The notes under the pieces are model-generated. The model ran no database searches. It was given only the letters and a program-made list of their open reading frames with translations, and was not told the DNA's origin. From sequence record PP400777: a stretch of DNA of 64,000 nucleotides, one strand, 5' to 3'. This document shows, piece by piece, positions 29,437 to 41,476 of the stretch (position 1 is the first letter of the stretch; each line of letters begins with the position of its first letter). A program made the position numbers and the translations under genes. The DNA comes from Escherichia phage JM10.

Positions 29437-29924
29437 GTTTTAATAATCTCAATGATTTCATCTCGGGATAATCCATTGATAAGAACGGTTTTCAAACCAT
29501 CACACTGGATTTTGTACGATTCAAACAATACACACAACTCTTCTGCTGTATGATATGGACTTGAAATTCCGAGACGGTTGAATTTGTCGGTAAGAGGGTC
29601 GCAAATAATATAGAATTTGATACCTGCGATATGTACGTTTGGTTGACTAATATTAATGAACACATTAGCGTCATATTTAGTCAAATTGTTTTGAAGAAAT
29701 TCTACCATAGCATTAACTGCTTCTGGCAACGCTTCGCGTTTCTCTTCAGCGTATCGGGTTGAATACTCTTTTTGTTTTACTTTCTTTTTAAGATTTTTGG
29801 CCAGTGTAACACGTAGGTCAGTAAGATAACCAACTGGACGTCCTTTCTTAAAGACCCGGATTCCGTCAGTTGTATCTCCAAAAGCGGTTACGACCATATC
29901 GTTAGTAATCAATTGCATATTCAT
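29424..29924 (-). CDS. alc: probable Alc (transcription terminator for cytosine-containing DNA)
   Basis: Position between rnlA and pseT as in T4; start at MNMQ (GAGGAG SD, 166 aa, close to the 167 aa of T4 Alc) preferred over the ORF-track start; an early promoter lies upstream. Confidence 0.5.
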   Translation of the reverse strand: MNMQLITNDMVVTAFGDTTDGIRVFKKGRPVGYLTDLRVTLAKNLKKKVKQKEYSTRYAEEKREALPEAVNAMVEFLQNNLTKYDANVFINISQPNVHIAGIKFYIICDPLTDKFNRLGISSPYHTAEELCVLFESYKIQCDGLKTVLINGLSRDEIIEIIKTCLK

Positions 29925-29954
29925 AATTTTCTCCTCGTGTTGTTGATAAAAGCC

Positions 29955-29984
29955 ATAGTAACACCTTCCTTGGTGTTTGTAAAC
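29955..29984 (-). promoter_or_regulatory. early promoter GTTTAC-N18-TACTAT
   Basis: Minus strand reads GTTTAC aaacaccaaggaaggtgt TACTAT between the rnlA stop and the alc start. Confidence 0.5.
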
Positions 29985-29986
29985 CA

Positions 29987-31120
<1,134 letters not shown>

Positions 31121-31137
31121 TCAGTTAGTTTTTTTAA

Positions 31138-31167
31138 ATTGTACCACAATCCTTGTGGTATGTAAAC
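31138..31167 (-). promoter_or_regulatory. early promoter GTTTAC-N18-TACAAT with spacer palindrome CCACAAGGATTGTGG
   Basis: Minus strand reads GTTTAC ataccacaaggattgtgg TACAAT; the -35 hexamer overlaps the denA stop. Confidence 0.5.
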
Positions 31168-31577
31168 TACTTTTTCTTATGTTGGATATTCCAAGGCGGG
31201 TTGAACTTTTTGATAAAAAGCGGTTCTTCAAGGTCCATTGTTGCGATGGTCATTGAACCAAGTTCGTTGGTGACTGAAAGGTCAAAACATTGGCGGGCCC
31301 AGAATTCAACCTTTTTGCCTTGCATTAAGGCATCCAAAATCATAAGTGATTTTCTTGAATCTGAAGTCTGGTCTTTTCGATTTATGGCTGTTCGATAATA
31401 GTTAATGCGTTTCTTTAAATTCTTGGTTTTACCAATATACACAAGTTCGTCATCTATAGCAATAGCATATATGACATTTTTCTTATTAGGGACATCAACT
31501 GTTTTAATTGTTGCATCTTCTAATAGCTCCAATTCTGTATATTTAATAAAGGAATATTCGGCGGCGATATCTTTCAT
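31167..31577 (-). CDS. denA: endonuclease II (GIY-YIG-like)
   Basis: 136 aa; near-identical to recalled T4 DenA (...VIYAIAIDDELVYIGKTKNLKKRINYYR...). Confidence 0.92.
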   Translation of the reverse strand: MKDIAAEYSFIKYTELELLEDATIKTVDVPNKKNVIYAIAIDDELVYIGKTKNLKKRINYYRTAINRKDQTSDSRKSLMILDALMQGKKVEFWARQCFDLSVTNELGSMTIATMDLEEPLFIKKFNPPWNIQHKKK

Positions 31578-31585
31578 AATAAAGT

Positions 31586-31599
31586 GGGACCGAAGTCCC
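31586..31599 (-). terminator. hairpin GGGAC-UUCG-GUCCC between nrdB and denA
   Basis: 5-bp GC stem with UUCG tetraloop; weak U-tract. Confidence 0.4.
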
Positions 31600-31603
31600 G
31601 TCC

Positions 31604-32106
31604 TTAGAAATATTTTTTGTATGAATTGATTACATTTTGGTCTACATCATTATCAATTTGTGCGACAAGATAAGAACTGATTTCAACTTCTTGTGGGGCT
31701 GCTTGAACCAAATCAGAGTTCAAATACTCACGAATCCATGGAATAGGATGACGAGTTGATACGTCTTTAAGAGGACATGGCAGACCACAACTACGCATAC
31801 GAGACACGGTAAGATAATCCACAAATTCACTTAGGATTTTAACATTTAGACCTGGAAGAGCACCATCTTTAAACAAGTGTTCAGCCCATTCTTTTTCTTG
31901 AGCGTTAACTTCCATGAAAATATCAACTGCTTCTTGTTCACACTCTTGAGCAATTTTGACCCATTCATCACCGTCTTCGCCATCTTGTAAAGCACGAATA
32001 ATATATTGAGTGCCCTTGAGGTGGAGCTGTTCATCACGAGCAATGAACTTCATAATCTTGGCATTACCTTCCATAATTTCCATGTTCTTATGGAAGTTAA
32101 AGGTAC
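31604..32106 (-). CDS. nrdB: ribonucleotide reductase beta subunit NrdB, exon 2
   Basis: Exon 2 encodes (C)TFNFHKNMEIMEGNAK... through the C-terminus; frame joins exon 1 across the intron to give about 392 aa. Confidence 0.85.
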
Positions 32107-33197
32107 CGTTATGTTCGATTGAGCTCGCTAATTCTCAACCCGTTCTCTTATGAACTGCTACATATTACTATGCAGACCAGACTATATCACAATCCCAGAG
32201 GGATTCTCCCCATTTCGAGTCGCTTGACCCTACGTCCGAAGACTAGTCGTTGAACCTTGCTTTGCAATTGTCGCCGTGCCATCGTTTATATGTTGATGGT
32301 GATAAATCTTTCTTATCACAATATGGACAATTCAATTGAATTCTATTTGGATTTAATTTACATCTGTCATTATGTTTTAGATAAAATCCAGGACCTTTAC
32401 CAATGTGACCGCAGAAATCACATGTGATTTCTTTTTGTGCAGGATGGGTTCCGTTCTTAACCATTTCTAATGTTTTTGCTGATGTTCTTTTCTTATGGTC
32501 TTCTGATAAGAAATGATGTGAACCGTCATTTACCCGTTTTGATTGAGTTTCTGACTGCATTTTACCACCGCAAAATACATGAGTACCTTCTTTTATAGCT
32601 GCAATATTGCGTTCTTTAACTTTTGCAATATGCTCAGCTTGTTGAAAATTATGTATACCTAATGCAACTCTATTTAAATTAGATTTACGCTGTATTTCAC
32701 CGTCTAAAAGATGAAATGTACCATTTTCTATCTTAGATTTAATAGAGGCAATATTTTTAGCTCGTACTTCAGGGATATTAAAAATCTGGATTTCTCTAGA
32801 TTTTGCGGCTTTAGAAGCTAATTCAGAAATTTCTTCAGGAGAATATTTCATTCTAAGCTTTATAGCATGACAAGCCTGGTAATCTTTTTGAGCTAAATGT
32901 ATATCATAATGTTCCTGTATAGAAAGGCACATCAAATTATCTAAATCATTATTTTCACGGTTACCGTCTTTATGATGGATTTCGTATGTTCTTCCATCAG
33001 AATCTTTAGGTATAGGTCCGTTAGCATCTATCCAAATTTTTCTATAGTTCAATTGTGCATCCTCTTAAAAGTATAATCATATTTATATTATACTAATTAA
33101 AGGTGCAAGCAAAACCTTGGCTGCTAGTTTTCCTATAAAGGACTTTCCAGCAATTAAAGGAGTTTTCGATAAACGTTACCGTTTAAAGGCGCATTTT
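32107..33197 (-). mobile_element. group I intron in nrdB (about 1091 nt) carrying I-TevIII
   Basis: Exon 1 ORF terminates in-frame directly after ...RFYVSFA while conserved NrdB sequence resumes about 1.1 kb downstream; exon 1 ends in U and the intron ends in G; an HNH endonuclease ORF lies inside. Confidence 0.8.
32243..33052 (-). CDS. I-TevIII: HNH homing endonuclease I-TevIII (full length, 269 aa)
   Basis: HNH motif EIHHKDGNRENNDLDNL and C-terminal Cys/His zinc-finger-like region; matches the intact I-TevIII recalled from phage RB3 rather than the truncated T4 form. Confidence 0.8.
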   Translation of the reverse strand: MNYRKIWIDANGPIPKDSDGRTYEIHHKDGNRENNDLDNLMCLSIQEHYDIHLAQKDYQACHAIKLRMKYSPEEISELASKAAKSREIQIFNIPEVRAKNIASIKSKIENGTFHLLDGEIQRKSNLNRVALGIHNFQQAEHIAKVKERNIAAIKEGTHVFCGGKMQSETQSKRVNDGSHHFLSEDHKKRTSAKTLEMVKNGTHPAQKEITCDFCGHIGKGPGFYLKHNDRCKLNPNRIQLNCPYCDKKDLSPSTYKRWHGDNCKARFND

Positions 33198-33873
33198 ACG
33201 CAAAAGATACATAAAAACGAATAGCTTCTAAGGCATTAATAACGTGCAAACAGAGGTAAAGAGATTTCATTAAAGCACGTTTAGCTTCGGCTTCTTGTTT
33301 AATAGCTCGGTTTAAACGAAAGTCGGCATCAGGAGATTCTTTAGCTAGTTCTACAAATTCTTTAGCATTTTCCCAATGACGAGTCTTGACTAGAACATCA
33401 TCGTAATATTTACCTATTGATTCAGCTCGTTTCATGATTGCTTCGTCTAATACAATCTCATCAAATACCTTAGATGGATCTGTATAAAGATTTCGCATAA
33501 TATGAGTATATGAACGAGAGTGAATAGTTTCACTGAAAGTCCATGTAGCAACCCATGTATCTAATGAAGGGTCTGAAAGCAATGACATAAGTACCGCAGA
33601 TGGTGCTCTACCTTGGATAGAATCTAATAATGATTGATACTTAAGGTTGTTGGTAAAGATGTCCTGTTGGAACTGTGGAAGCTTATTGAACTGCGCAGAG
33701 TCCAACATCAAGTTTACCTCTTCTGGACGCCAGAAAAACGACAATTGCTTTTCAATAAGTTCTTCAAAAACTTTATGACGCTGAATATCATACCGTGCGA
33801 GGCCAAGACCAGAACCAAAGAACATCGGTTCATTCAAAACATCGACTTGTTGTGTGTTAAAAACTGTACTCAT
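33198..33873 (-). CDS. nrdB: ribonucleotide reductase beta subunit NrdB, exon 1
   Basis: N-terminal 225 codons near-identical to recalled T4 NrdB (MSTVFNT...ALEAIRFYVSFA). Confidence 0.85.
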
Positions 33874-33926
33874 TATATTTTCTCACTTAGTTTAACTCAT
33901 CCATGAGTAAATTATAATCAAAAGTC

Positions 33927-36182
33927 TTAAAGCTTACAAGCAGAACAATCTTCAGCTTTTGGAGTTTCTAGTTCATAGTCGTCAGTACCAGAACCGTCGC
34001 GAGTATTATGATAGTAGAGGTTTTTACCGCCAAAGTACCAGAAGTAAAGCAAATCGTCAAGCATTACAGACATTGGCACTTTACCTTTCTCAAATACTGC
34101 AGGGTCATAGTAAGTATTAGCAGAAGCAGATTGGCACACCCATTTCAACATGATAGCAACTTGGGTCAAATAAGGTTTATTACCTTTCTTAGCAAGTTTC
34201 CACGCATAGTCGTAAAGACTCATGTTATGTTCGATATTAGGAACAACCTGTCGGAAGTTGCCTTCTTTAGATTCTTTAATACTTACTGGACCGCGTGGGG
34301 GCTCAATCCCGTTTGTAGAGTTTGATACTTGACTGCTTGACTCACAAGGCATGAGTGCAGACAACGTTGAGTTACGAATTCCATGTTCTTTGAGTTCAGC
34401 TCGAAGTTCTTCCCAGTCACAGACGTAGTTCGGGGCTGCGATTTGGTCAATCTTTTTATTGTACCAGTCGATAGGTAATTCGCCTCTAGACCATTTAGTG
34501 TCTGAATAATACTCGCAACATCCTTTTTCTTTGGCGAGTTTGATTGATGCTTTGATAAGGCCATATTGCAATCTCTCAAACAATTCATGAGTCAAATCGT
34601 TAGCGTCTTCATATGAAGCAAAGTTGCTTGCTAACCATGCAGCATAGTTCGTCACACCAACACCGAGGTTTCGACGCTTTTTAGCTTTTAAAGCTTCTGG
34701 AACCGGATAATCTTGATAGTCTAACAGGTTATCAAGTGCACGTACTTGTACTTCAGCAAGTTCATTAATTTTATCTTGGTCCTGCCAATCAAAGTTATCT
34801 AACACGAATGCAGACAACGTGCACAACCCGATTTCAGCATCAGGACTATTCACATCATTAGTTGGAATAGCGATTTCACAACATAAGTTACTCTGACGAA
34901 TTGGAGCTTTTTCACGAATAAATGGAGTGTAGTTGTTCGTGTTATCAACGAATTGCGGATAAATTCGAGCAGTACCAGAGCGTTCAGTCATGAACAATTC
35001 AAAGAGTTCTAGTGCTTTGATTCTTTTCTTTCTGATTGTTGGGTCTTTTTCAGCTTTCTCATAAAGCTCACGGAATTTATCTTGATCTTCAAAGAACGAG
35101 TAATACAGTTCGCCTGACATTTCGTGAGGGCTAAATAAAGTAATATAATCATTTTTACCAAGGCGTTCCATCATAAGGTCATTAATCTGAATTCCGTAGT
35201 CCATATGTCGAATACGGTTTTCATCCACGCCTTTGTTATTTTTCAGAACCAATAGGTTCTCTACTTCTAAGTGCCACATTGGATAATACGCTGTAGCAGC
35301 ACCACCACGAATACCGCCTTGAGAACAAGATTTTACTGCAGTTTGGAAATGTTTCCAGAATGGAATAACACCCGTATGTCGAACTTCACCCATACCGATC
35401 TTAGAACCTTCTGCACGAAGCATACCAACGTTGATGCCGATACCGGCTCGTTTAGAAATATATTCAATAATTGATGCTGAAGTTTTGTTAATAGATTTTA
35501 AGGAATCACCGGCTTCAATAACTACACAACTAGAGAACTGGCGAGTTGGAGTACGAGCACCTGCCATAATTGGGGTTGGCAATGAAACTTGATGAGTAGA
35601 AACGGCATCATAAAAACGAATAATATGTTTCAAACGGTCATGAGTTTCGTCTTGGTGTAAGGCCATGCCAATAGCCATGATAGCAAACTGTGGAGTTTCA
35701 TAAATCTTCCCAGTTGTTTTATCTTTAACTAGATATTTTTCTTTAAGCTGCATAGCACCAGCATAAGTCAGGTCAAAGTCTCGTTCATGTTTAATCTGTG
35801 AATCGAGATAAATGATTTCTTCTGCTGAATATTGAGACAACAACTCAGGATCGTATTTGCCTTCATTAACACAGTAAGAAATATGGTCGATAAAAGCAGG
35901 CGGTTCAAACTGCCCATATACATCTTTACGAAGTGCAAACATTAGCCCTTTGGCGGCGACATAATGATAATCAGGTTCTTCGACAGAAATCAAGTTAGCT
36001 GCAACTTTAATACAAATCTTCTGAATATCTTTGGTGCTCATCCCATCGACAAGATGGGTCTTAATTTCTTCGTATAATTCATATGGGTCGATTTGTGTTC
36101 CTTCACATTGCCAAGTTAAGACTTGAATAATTTTCTGTGCATCAAAATTTTGGGATACACCACTGCTCTTAGTTACTTGCAT
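33927..36182 (-). CDS. nrdA: ribonucleotide reductase alpha subunit NrdA
   Basis: 751 aa; class Ia RNR large-subunit features; synteny nrdB-nrdA-td. Confidence 0.95.
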   Translation of the reverse strand: MQVTKSSGVSQNFDAQKIIQVLTWQCEGTQIDPYELYEEIKTHLVDGMSTKDIQKICIKVAANLISVEEPDYHYVAAKGLMFALRKDVYGQFEPPAFIDHISYCVNEGKYDPELLSQYSAEEIIYLDSQIKHERDFDLTYAGAMQLKEKYLVKDKTTGKIYETPQFAIMAIGMALHQDETHDRLKHIIRFYDAVSTHQVSLPTPIMAGARTPTRQFSSCVVIEAGDSLKSINKTSASIIEYISKRAGIGINVGMLRAEGSKIGMGEVRHTGVIPFWKHFQTAVKSCSQGGIRGGAATAYYPMWHLEVENLLVLKNNKGVDENRIRHMDYGIQINDLMMERLGKNDYITLFSPHEMSGELYYSFFEDQDKFRELYEKAEKDPTIRKKRIKALELFELFMTERSGTARIYPQFVDNTNNYTPFIREKAPIRQSNLCCEIAIPTNDVNSPDAEIGLCTLSAFVLDNFDWQDQDKINELAEVQVRALDNLLDYQDYPVPEALKAKKRRNLGVGVTNYAAWLASNFASYEDANDLTHELFERLQYGLIKASIKLAKEKGCCEYYSDTKWSRGELPIDWYNKKIDQIAAPNYVCDWEELRAELKEHGIRNSTLSALMPCESSSQVSNSTNGIEPPRGPVSIKESKEGNFRQVVPNIEHNMSLYDYAWKLAKKGNKPYLTQVAIMLKWVCQSASANTYYDPAVFEKGKVPMSVMLDDLLYFWYFGGKNLYYHNTRDGSGTDDYELETPKAEDCSACKL

Positions 36183-36217
36183 ATATTCCTCAGTATAGGT
36201 TGATAGACATTACTCCA

Positions 36218-36240
36218 AACGGGATAGTATTTATCCCGTT
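36218..36240 (-). other. 9-bp stem hairpin in the nrdA 5' leader region
   Basis: AACGGGATA-gtatt-TATCCCGTT perfect inverted repeat 36 nt upstream of the nrdA ATG. Confidence 0.4.
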
Positions 36241-36269
36241 AATTTATTATACACTTTTAAACTGAAGCG

Positions 36270-36524
36270 TTAATTATCCTCAGCAATAATTTCTTCATAT
36301 TCTTTAGGTGTCAAGACCGTGATATCGAAATAAACCAACGGTTCTTTTTCTATACCGAATCCACCACAGAATTCACGATATTCATAAATTCGTTCATGTG
36401 AATAACAAATGAATCGTTCACCTTTAACTGTGATTTCACTATTTGGTGAAGGGATATCCAGTTCACTTGGATTTTTCATTTCAAAAATTGTGGTGCCATA
36501 TGAATTAATAAAACGTAAAATCAT
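36270..36524 (-). CDS. hypothetical protein (nrdA.1-like)
   Basis: 84-aa ORF between td exon 2 and nrdA; synteny. Confidence 0.45.
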   Translation of the reverse strand: MILRFINSYGTTIFEMKNPSELDIPSPNSEITVKGERFICYSHERIYEYREFCGGFGIEKEPLVYFDITVLTPKEYEEIIAEDN

Positions 36525-36525
36525 T

Positions 36526-36837
36526 TTATACCGCCATTTTAGCTTTGATAGCTGGATGAGATTCGTAATTTTTAAGAACGAAATCAGAATGTGTCATCGT
36601 TCCAGTAACCCAGTCCATTTGGATTTTTGTAGGCCAATTCTCAAAATTACTAGGCCAATTAATTTCAAGAGAACACAACTCTTTAGGTTCACGACGAAGA
36701 ACTTCTTTGCATTGTTCTACATGATTGCTGTAGATATGTGTGTTGCCGCCTGAGAACACTAAATCACCTGGGATAAGGTTACACATCTTCGCTACAATAT
36801 GCGTCAAGGCAGCGTACGAGGCAATGTTGAACGGTAG
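36526..36837 (-). CDS. td: thymidylate synthase, exon 2
   Basis: Encodes LPFNIASYAALTHIVAKMCNLIPGDL... to the C-terminus; joins exon 1 to give 286 aa, as in T4 Td. Confidence 0.9.
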   Translation of the reverse strand, partial: LPFNIASYAALTHIVAKMCNLIPGDLVFSGGNTHIYSNHVEQCKEVLRREPKELCSLEINWPSNFENWPTKIQMDWVTGTMTHSDFVLKNYESHPAIKAKMAV

Positions 36838-37853
36838 CATTATGTTCAGATAAGGTCGTTAATCTTATCCCGGAATTATATCCAGCTGCATGTCACCATG
36901 CAGAGCAGACTATATCTCCAACTTGTTAAAGCAAGTTGTCTATCGTTTCGAGTCACTTGACCCTACTCCCTAAAGGGATAGTCGTTAGGCATTTATGTAG
37001 AACCAATTCCACTTATCAGATTTTACACGGTAAGTAACTAATCCTGATGAAATTTCAAAATGTCTAGCCGCATCGGCTGCACATTCAAAAATAATCCCAT
37101 CGCATGAAATCTTTTTGATGTTAGCTGGCTTTTTGCCTTTCATCTTTTCAGATAGTTTAGTTTTAGTTTTTTCTGAATGTTTGTGATTAAAGAACGGGTT
37201 ATTTTCACCTGAACGTTTTCGGCACTTTCCACAAGTATCGGCCGAAGATGGTATGCGAACACCGCATTTACAAAACTTGTGGTTTTCTGGATTCCATCGG
37301 CCATTTTTACTTCCGTGTTTACCATAAAGAGCTTTCCGACCGTCAGGACCAAGCTTAAGCATCTTAGCTTTAACAGTTTCAGCTCGTTTCTTAGCAATTT
37401 CTTCTTTTAATGGATGATTTGAAAGCACATCGCCAAAAGACGCATCAGCAATATTATATCCATTAATTTTAGAATTTAGCTCTTTAATCCAAAAATTTTC
37501 TCGTTCAATAATCAAATCTTTCTCATATGTAATTTCTTCCAGTACAGAGCATTCAAAAACATTACCATGTTTATTAAAAGACCTTTGAAATTTTATAGAA
37601 GAGTGAACACCGTTTTCAAGGTCTTTAAAATGTCTCTTCCATCTTTTCTCAAAATCTTTAGCACTTCCAACATACACTTTACCGTTTAAAGTGTTTTTAA
37701 TCTGATAAATTCCGCTTTTCATAAACACCTCTTTTTATATAGAAGTATTTATTAAAGGGTAGTCCTACAATTTAGCACGGGATTGTCTACTAGAGAGGTC
37801 CCCCGTTTAGATAGATTACAAGTATAAGTCACCTTATACCTAGGCCTAAATTA
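36838..37853 (-). mobile_element. group I intron in td (1016 nt) carrying I-TevI
   Basis: Intron 5' end TAATTTAGGCCTAGGTATAAGGTGACTTATACTTGTAATC... and 3' end ...GAACATAATG closely match the recalled T4 td intron; exon 1 ends in U, intron ends in G. Confidence 0.9.
36985..37728 (-). CDS. I-TevI: GIY-YIG homing endonuclease I-TevI
   Basis: 247-aa ORF; GIYQIKNTLNGKVYVGSAKDFEKRWKRH GIY-YIG module and C-terminal DNA-binding region; near-identical to recalled T4 I-TevI. Confidence 0.92.
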   Translation of the reverse strand: MFMKSGIYQIKNTLNGKVYVGSAKDFEKRWKRHFKDLENGVHSSIKFQRSFNKHGNVFECSVLEEITYEKDLIIERENFWIKELNSKINGYNIADASFGDVLSNHPLKEEIAKKRAETVKAKMLKLGPDGRKALYGKHGSKNGRWNPENHKFCKCGVRIPSSADTCGKCRKRSGENNPFFNHKHSEKTKTKLSEKMKGKKPANIKKISCDGIIFECAADAARHFEISSGLVTYRVKSDKWNWFYINA

Positions 37854-39237
<1,384 letters not shown>

Positions 39238-39271
39238 TTTATTCTCCTCTTCACTTTTATTTTATAGGGCT

Positions 39272-39301
39272 ACTATAACATAGCCCTATCTTGTTATAAA
39301 C
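39272..39301 (-). promoter_or_regulatory. early promoter-like GTTTAT-N18-TATAGT with palindrome ATAGGGCTA/TAGCCCTAT
   Basis: Minus strand reads GTTTAT aacaagatagggctatgt TATAGT; 9-bp inverted repeat spans the spacer and -10. Confidence 0.45.
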
Positions 39302-39693
39302 TACTTTTTAAAGGTTTTTTGCAAAAGTTTGATGATTTCGTCGACGTTGGTTTCATCTACGATACAATTGATTTTTGTTACACCTAAAGCTATACCTTCG
39401 TTAGTAGATTGAGGCTTTACTAAATCTACCTCAATAAAGTATTTGAACTCGTCAGGATAAATCTCAAAATAAGTTTCAATTTCACCACCGGCAGAACATA
39501 CAGTACCATCTTCCATAGTTACACTTACTACGTTTGACGTATCGCTATCATAATCAGGTTCCATTCCGTTTACAACAAAACTAGGCCCGTGGAGTTCAAT
39601 CAATTTTAACATCTTAGCGTTATTATGTGGTGCTTCTTGAACAAAGTCATCTTTAAATAAAGGGTTAATGATATAAGATTTTCCGATTTCCAT
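39301..39693 (-). CDS. hypothetical protein (frd.2/frd.3 position)
   Basis: 130-aa ORF downstream of an early promoter. Confidence 0.45.
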   Translation of the reverse strand: MEIGKSYIINPLFKDDFVQEAPHNNAKMLKLIELHGPSFVVNGMEPDYDSDTSNVVSVTMEDGTVCSAGGEIETYFEIYPDEFKYFIEVDLVKPQSTNEGIALGVTKINCIVDETNVDEIIKLLQKTFKK

Positions 39694-39722
39694 TTTGATT
39701 TCCTCATGTTGTTGATAGGTTT

Positions 39723-39751
39723 ATACTAACACATCCAGGGAAGAAGTAAAC
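39723..39751 (-). promoter_or_regulatory. early promoter GTTTAC-N17-TAGTAT
   Basis: Minus strand reads GTTTAC ttcttccctggatgtgt TAGTAT about 30 nt upstream of the ATG at 39693. Confidence 0.5.
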
Positions 39752-39782
39752 AACTTTTTCGGCAATTTACAGATACTCAAAA

Positions 39783-39800
39783 GGGAGACCGAAGTCTCCC
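39783..39800 (-). terminator. terminator after gene 32: GGGAGAC-UUCG-GUCUCCC then UUUUGAG
   Basis: Perfect 7-bp GC stem with UUCG tetraloop 7 nt after the gene 32 stop. Confidence 0.7.
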
Positions 39801-39806
39801 AATTTA

Positions 39807-40706
39807 TTATAGACCAGCTAACAGGTCATCGAGGTCGCCATCGTCAGAAGACGAGGAACTCATGAAGTCATCTTCAGTTTTTGCAGAACCAAAGGCTTCC
39901 ATGTCTTTATCAAAATCGTCAAGGTCAGAAGCAACTTTATCTGCAACAGAAGCTGCGGCAGCTGCTGCACCACCAAGAGCGGCAGTACCAAGAACTTGAT
40001 TAAATTTAGTATTCAATTCTTCAAACGATTTGAACTTATCTTTAGAAGTCATTTCAGAAAGGTCAACCATTTGTTCGAACAATTCTTTCTGGAAAGATTC
40101 ATCATCAATGTTTGGAATCGCAGATTGATTCAGGAATTTAGATTCGTCGTAGTTACTGAAACCAGAAACCTGTTTAACTTTCAGCACAAAGTTAGCACCT
40201 TCCCATGGGCAAGTTACATCAACTGGAGTTTCACCCATTTCAGTATCGACTGCAATCATTGCATTGATTTTGTCCCAAATCTTTTTACCGAAACGATATT
40301 TAAATACTTTACCTTCATTATCTGGAGCTTGTGGGTCTTTAACAACCAGAATATTAGCCCAATAAGAAGTTTTACGTTTCAGTTGAGAATATTCAGTTTT
40401 GTTGGTATTGTACAGGTCATTTTTACTAATGTACTGACATACAGGACAAGAGTCATAATCGCCGTGTGTAGATGAACAGGTTTCAATATACCATTTACCA
40501 TTTTTCTTGAACCCGTGGTTAACAAGAATTGTAAACGGAAGTGCGTCATCTGTTTTTGCCGGCAGGAAACGAATTACCGCTTGACCATTACCGGATGCAT
40601 CGAGTTTCAGCTTCCATTCACCTTTATCTTCTGAAGAGAAACCTTTGTTACCATTCAGTTTAGCCATCTGAGCTGCGAGGTCTGCGGTACTTTTACGTTT
40701 AAACAT
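39807..40706 (-). CDS. 32: single-stranded DNA-binding protein gp32
   Basis: 299 aa; zinc-binding [10 protein letters not shown] region; acidic C-terminal tail; near-identical to recalled T4 gp32. Confidence 0.95.
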   Translation of the reverse strand: MFKRKSTADLAAQMAKLNGNKGFSSEDKGEWKLKLDASGNGQAVIRFLPAKTDDALPFTILVNHGFKKNGKWYIETCSSTHGDYDSCPVCQYISKNDLYNTNKTEYSQLKRKTSYWANILVVKDPQAPDNEGKVFKYRFGKKIWDKINAMIAVDTEMGETPVDVTCPWEGANFVLKVKQVSGFSNYDESKFLNQSAIPNIDDESFQKELFEQMVDLSEMTSKDKFKSFEELNTKFNQVLGTAALGGAAAAAASVADKVASDLDDFDKDMEAFGSAKTEDDFMSSSSSDDGDLDDLLAGL

Positions 40707-40822
40707 TTTATTTGCCTTTATTTAGATTATTTAATTTATTTACAGTTGGTTGCTACGACACTTATACCTCGTAGCTGGTATGATTTATTTATAAAGTAAT
40801 TTTAACACACAAGAAATAAAGC
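40707..40822 (-). promoter_or_regulatory. gene 32 leader: late promoter TATAAATA (40786-40793), hairpin (40752-40775) and AU-rich translational operator
   Basis: Minus strand has TATAAATA, then GCTACGA-ggtataagtg-TCGTAGC, then repeated UAAAUAAAUUAAAUAAUCUAAAUAAA before the ATG, like the T4 gp32 autoregulatory operator. Confidence 0.6.
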
Positions 40823-41476
40823 TTAATACTTACATGATTTGATTGTTTCTATGAACAATTTCTTAGCAGCATTTCCATCGATTTGAAGTATTTTTCGATA
40901 TGCCTTTAATTTAGTAGAATAATTTTGCCAGACTAAGTTATCGGTGAGTTCGTCGTGCTTATCTATAATATTCAAAAATGAGTCCAATAATAAGAAAGTC
41001 TCAAATGAAATTATATTGCTTTGTAGCAATTTGAATATGTAGCTCGACTGAACGTTATTATTATAATCAAATATCTCTTGAAGCGCACTAACTTCAACTT
41101 TCTTACTGAAATAGTAGATGTTACGTACGTCTTCAGCAAACGTCTCTTTAGCTTGTTTGAGACGTCCAATATATTCCCTATAGAAAACTAATGCATCAGC
41201 GTCTGATATCTCACCAATCCATGCGTCTTGGTTAGCAACTAAGTTGCTTATGAATATCAAGGTGAGTTCCTTCAATTTATATTTCTCTGCTAGTTTTTCA
41301 AAGAAATATTTATCTCGACGTTTTTGATACGCATTATCCGAAACACGCATGCACCAGTTATATTTGATTACGTCATACCGACCACCAAAGTGGTTTTTGC
41401 ACATCAAGTATAGTTTATATACTGATTTACCGTTAATATACCGTTCTCCGCCAGGAGGCATGCGTATTTTAATCAT
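40823..41476 (-). CDS. 59: helicase loader gp59
   Basis: 217 aa; near-identical to recalled T4 gp59. Confidence 0.93.
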   Translation of the reverse strand: MIKIRMPPGGERYINGKSVYKLYLMCKNHFGGRYDVIKYNWCMRVSDNAYQKRRDKYFFEKLAEKYKLKELTLIFISNLVANQDAWIGEISDADALVFYREYIGRLKQAKETFAEDVRNIYYFSKKVEVSALQEIFDYNNNVQSSYIFKLLQSNIISFETFLLLDSFLNIIDKHDELTDNLVWQNYSTKLKAYRKILQIDGNAAKKLFIETIKSCKY

